Source: Hamiltosporidium tvaerminnensis FI-OER-3-3
Lineage: Eukaryota; Fungi; Microsporidia
Direction: 5' to 3'
Length of the DNA stretch: 64,000 bases
NCBI GenBank assembly: GCA_022605425.2
Contig: JAKIMF020000005.1
Coordinates: 310,001 to 374,000, forward strand
Shown: positions 60,703 to 64,000 of the stretch, piece by piece
How the letters are laid out: every line of letters begins with the position of its first letter
Position numbering within the stretch: position 1 is the stretch's first letter
Made by a program: the position numbers and the translations under genes
The notes under the pieces: generated by a model
Seen by the model: the letters and a program-made list of their open reading frames with translations, nothing else
Told to the model about the DNA's origin: nothing
Database searches by the model: none

Positions 60703-61830
60703 TTATTGATTTTTAGCTACCGAAAGTGCTTCTTCATACAAAAAACAAGGGATGTCTGTTAAATTTGACTCAAAAATTCTTTTTACAATCTTAATTTGCA
60801 AATTTATGGATTGCAAATCATAATATTCAATATTTGGAAAAATAGTGGGAGTAAAAATTTTATATAGATTATCTGACCCCATTTTATTATCTTTTGAATA
60901 CCGATCAACTTTTCGAAAGATTTTCTGTAAATAGATAAGCATCTTTCTATTTTCATTTGTAATCGAAAATATTATTAAAGGCACAATATATTCTATTATT
61001 GAAGGATCCGTCTGGTTTTTTATTATTTTCATCACCTTTTCTGCAATCTGAACTGAAATTATCCCATTCATTATCTCCCGAATATATGCTTTAAAAATTG
61101 AAGCGTTGTCATGAACAGATAACTCCGTATAATCATATCTCTTTCCTGCAGCTAAAACACCCGGCATAAATTTATAATAGGTATATTTACCGGAAATTCT
61201 AAACAATCCCTCTTTTTTGATTCCTTCATCTATAATATGGTCACCAACGGTATAAACAAATGCATTTGCTTTTTTTATATGATAAGAATCTTTCTTAAAC
61301 GAAGATCTGAATATATCTGAAATTTTTTCTAAAATATTATCTTTAAAGCTGGATCTATATTTACGAAGCTTCTTAAAGCAAAAACAAGCCAATGTGATCT
61401 TTTCTATATCCCTAAGTGAATCATATTTTATAGAATCTTTAGATTTTGTTTCCTTGTTTTCTAATTTATTAAAAGAAATTTCTTGTTTTTTATCTCGAGA
61501 TGGTTTATTTACCAGCTTTGATTGAAAATAAATTTCATTTTTTTTGTATATCATTATAGGAAATTTATATTCCATATGATATTTTAACATCGGGAATCTC
61601 TTATCTTCATGATTCCAAATATTAGTTTCATGTTTTTACTGTACTTTTCGGGATATTGTTTTTTAATCCTTTGTTTTATACTTTTTCTCCTCATTTCTTT
61701 TATGATTCTATATCTTTTGTTTTTTATTTATATTTCTTGCATTCATATTTTTTTAGATTCATCGTCCTTCGTCTTTTTTACTTTGAAATATTATTTTTAA
61801 TATCCCTTTCTTTATTTGATTTTGTTTATT
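60703..61830 (-). CDS. RhoGAP domain protein (copy 3); 5' third riddled with small deletions (pseudogene or poor consensus)
   Basis: 60703-61620 is nearly identical to copy 2, while 61620-61830 aligns only with many 1-5 nt deletions. Confidence 0.7.
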
Positions 61831-62964
61831 ATTGTTTTTTATTATATAGATTTGAATGTGTTTTTATAAATCGCTTTTTTTTATCTTACGTGTATCATGG
61901 TTATTAATATATCTTTATCTTTTTTAATTTCCTTATGATATTACATCTATTAATTAATTTTTAATAATTCATCTCCATTTATTATATTCTTTATTGTTAC
62001 TTTATAATACTACATTCTTTTTAATATATTTGTTTTTGTTTTTAATTTTTTAGATTATTTTAAATTTTTTTTTTATTATTATTTTTAATTAAGTGTTTCG
62101 GTATTTATGTATTATATTTTATTAATTTAATAAAATATTCTTATGTCTTTTATCTTATATTATTTTACATTTTATTTTGTTGTATATTTACCTTGGTATT
62201 TTTAGTCCTATTTTATTTAATTTATATATTTTAAAATTATTGTCTATGATTATAGTCCGACTTTTGTAATTAAATTTTAAATATTTTATCTAAAATATTT
62301 TTCATTCTCACTTAACATCTGTTTCTGTCGCAATCATGTTATTTATAAACAAATTTTGTTTTAATTTTTTATTTATACTCATACGTGCCAATCTTTGATA
62401 GATTAAAACAGTATGAATCGTTCTGTCTTGCGATACATGTATTATAGCTTATATATTGTAAAATACTGTATCCACTGTTGTTTGACATTTTTGTACACCG
62501 AAATAAACATATTGATGCTAAGATATATTTATCGGATATATCTTACTAGCATTCTTACATTAATTATTCTTTTAATTTAATATAATGAAATTAAAATTTT
62601 GTTTAAGATTTATTCTTATATAGTTTAAACTCAATAATTGATTGACCTGTTATCATATTTATTTAAAAATCTTCTTATACGAACTTAATTCTATTATTTT
62701 GATCTTTAGTTACTTGGTTGTATTTAGAACTTCTAATAAAATTGAGTATCGAATAATGCCACATCTACGGCATCATTTTATTTAAAAGATTAAATTTAAT
62801 CATCAATAATTGATTGAATTTATAAGAAATTTATTAGATGAATTAAATAAATGTGAAATTATATTAGGATGGAATATAAGATTTTAATTTTAGAATAAAT
62901 TGTAAATACTTTTAAGGGTGTGTATAATATTGTTTTACTCATTTAATAGTATATATCTGTATAT

Positions 62965-63360
62965 TTTTGTTAATAATTTGGTTATATTTTTACCTTTTTA
63001 TTTTTTTCCGCTCTTTAATTTAAAATCTTTAAAATTCTGGTTAATATTTTACCACTTTTTATATTTTTTCACCTTTTTAACTTTAAAATCGTTTAAAATT
63101 CTGGTTAAATATTTTTACCTTTTTTATATTTTCTTCTACCTCTTTTATTTAAAATCGTTTATAAATTCTGGTTAAATATTCTTACCTTTTTATATATTTT
63201 CTTCTACCTCTTTTAACTTTAAAAATCGTTTATAAAATTCTGGGTTAAAATATTCTTACCATTTTTATATATTTTCTTCTACCTCTTTTAACTTTAAAAA
63301 TCGTTTATAAAATTCTGGGTTAAAATATTCTTACCATTTTTATATATTTTCTTCCACCGC
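62965..63360 (-). repeat. Tandem array (about 6 x ~70 bp) of the RLE retrotransposon 3' terminus
   Basis: Repeated AAAATTCTGGGTTAAAATATTCTTACCATTTTTATATATTTTCTTCTACCTC plus a constant linker. Confidence 0.85.
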
Positions 63361-63946
63361 TTTTAAATTTAAAAAAAATAAAAAAATAATTGGTTTTAGC
63401 TTCGTATAAATATTTAAAATAACACATTTTTTAAAAAAATAATAGATTTACAAAAAAAAATTCGAATGAATATTTAAAGAAAATATAAAACTAAAACCTT
63501 TGCCTATTCAAATCAAATAAAAACAAGAAATAAAAATGAAATACTTAAACCTTGGACTAAATTCTAAATTCAATTAAATAATAATTTCCAAATTTTAAGA
63601 AACAGCAATAAAAAAAAACACTAAATTTAAAATTTAGAATTCATGAAACGAAAAAAAAATTCTAGATATAAACAACCCAAATTAAGAAATAATAAAAATA
63701 TTTCTAATTCATTTCTCTTATTTATATCTATAATTTTTTTAAAAAAACCAATTAATTCTATTCATAGACTGATTATTATTCTTAAATTTCCTAAACTTTT
63801 ATTTTCTTAAAATTTGAATTTTTTATATTTTTTAGACAATTAATTCTATTAATACACCAAACGTTATTCGTAAGTTTCCTAAACTTTTATTTTCTTATAA
63901 TTTGAGTTGTTTATATTTTTTCCTTCTACCCATAAGTTTATTTTAA

Positions 63947-64000
63947 TTATTTAATAAAATTCTAGGTTAAAATGGTTTTACGATTTTTATATGTTTTCTT
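63947..64000 (-). mobile_element. 3' end of a further RLE retrotransposon copy (runs off the window)
   Basis: TTATTTAATAAAATTCTAGGTTAAAATGGTTTTACGATTTTTATATG matches 59058-59105, including diagnostic variants. Confidence 0.85.

Noticed and set aside
62965-63360. CRISPR-like appearance of this and the other regular arrays (43533, 49537, 51646)
   Set aside because: No unique spacers, no cas genes, and a eukaryotic context.

Overview
Very AT-rich eukaryotic DNA, most consistent with a repeat-rich microsporidian genome (Hamiltosporidium-like). This is an inference from intron-poor divergent genes, CCC motifs just upstream of start codons, and GVNN/NPY low-complexity insertions. Core genes: UTP18-like and gamma-tubulin complex (Spc97/GCP2-like) genes head-to-head 20 bp apart, an Spt20-like gene, TRM10 and a Pho85-like CDK. 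Expanded families: three M48 peptidases, three RhoGAP copies, plus a secreted Gln/Gly-rich protein. The rest is decayed mobile DNA: R4/Dong-type RLE non-LTR fragments, an RTE element, a hAT element, and Gypsy/MULE remnants. The main candidate novel system is a ~4.3-4.9 kb cassette (1.5 kb spacer + RhoGAP + 3' third of an RLE retrotransposon). It occurs three times, with a fourth retro 3' end at the window edge, and its homology stops exactly at the retrotransposon 3' terminus, suggesting retroelement-driven amplification of a RhoGAP cargo gene. Also found by eye: a decayed twister ribozyme, a possible HDV-like ribozyme at the RTE 5' end, a short internally deleted RTE derivative, and a quasi-palindromic TAACA-GGG/CCC-TGTTA motif that seeds repeat expansions inside and beyond two essential genes.
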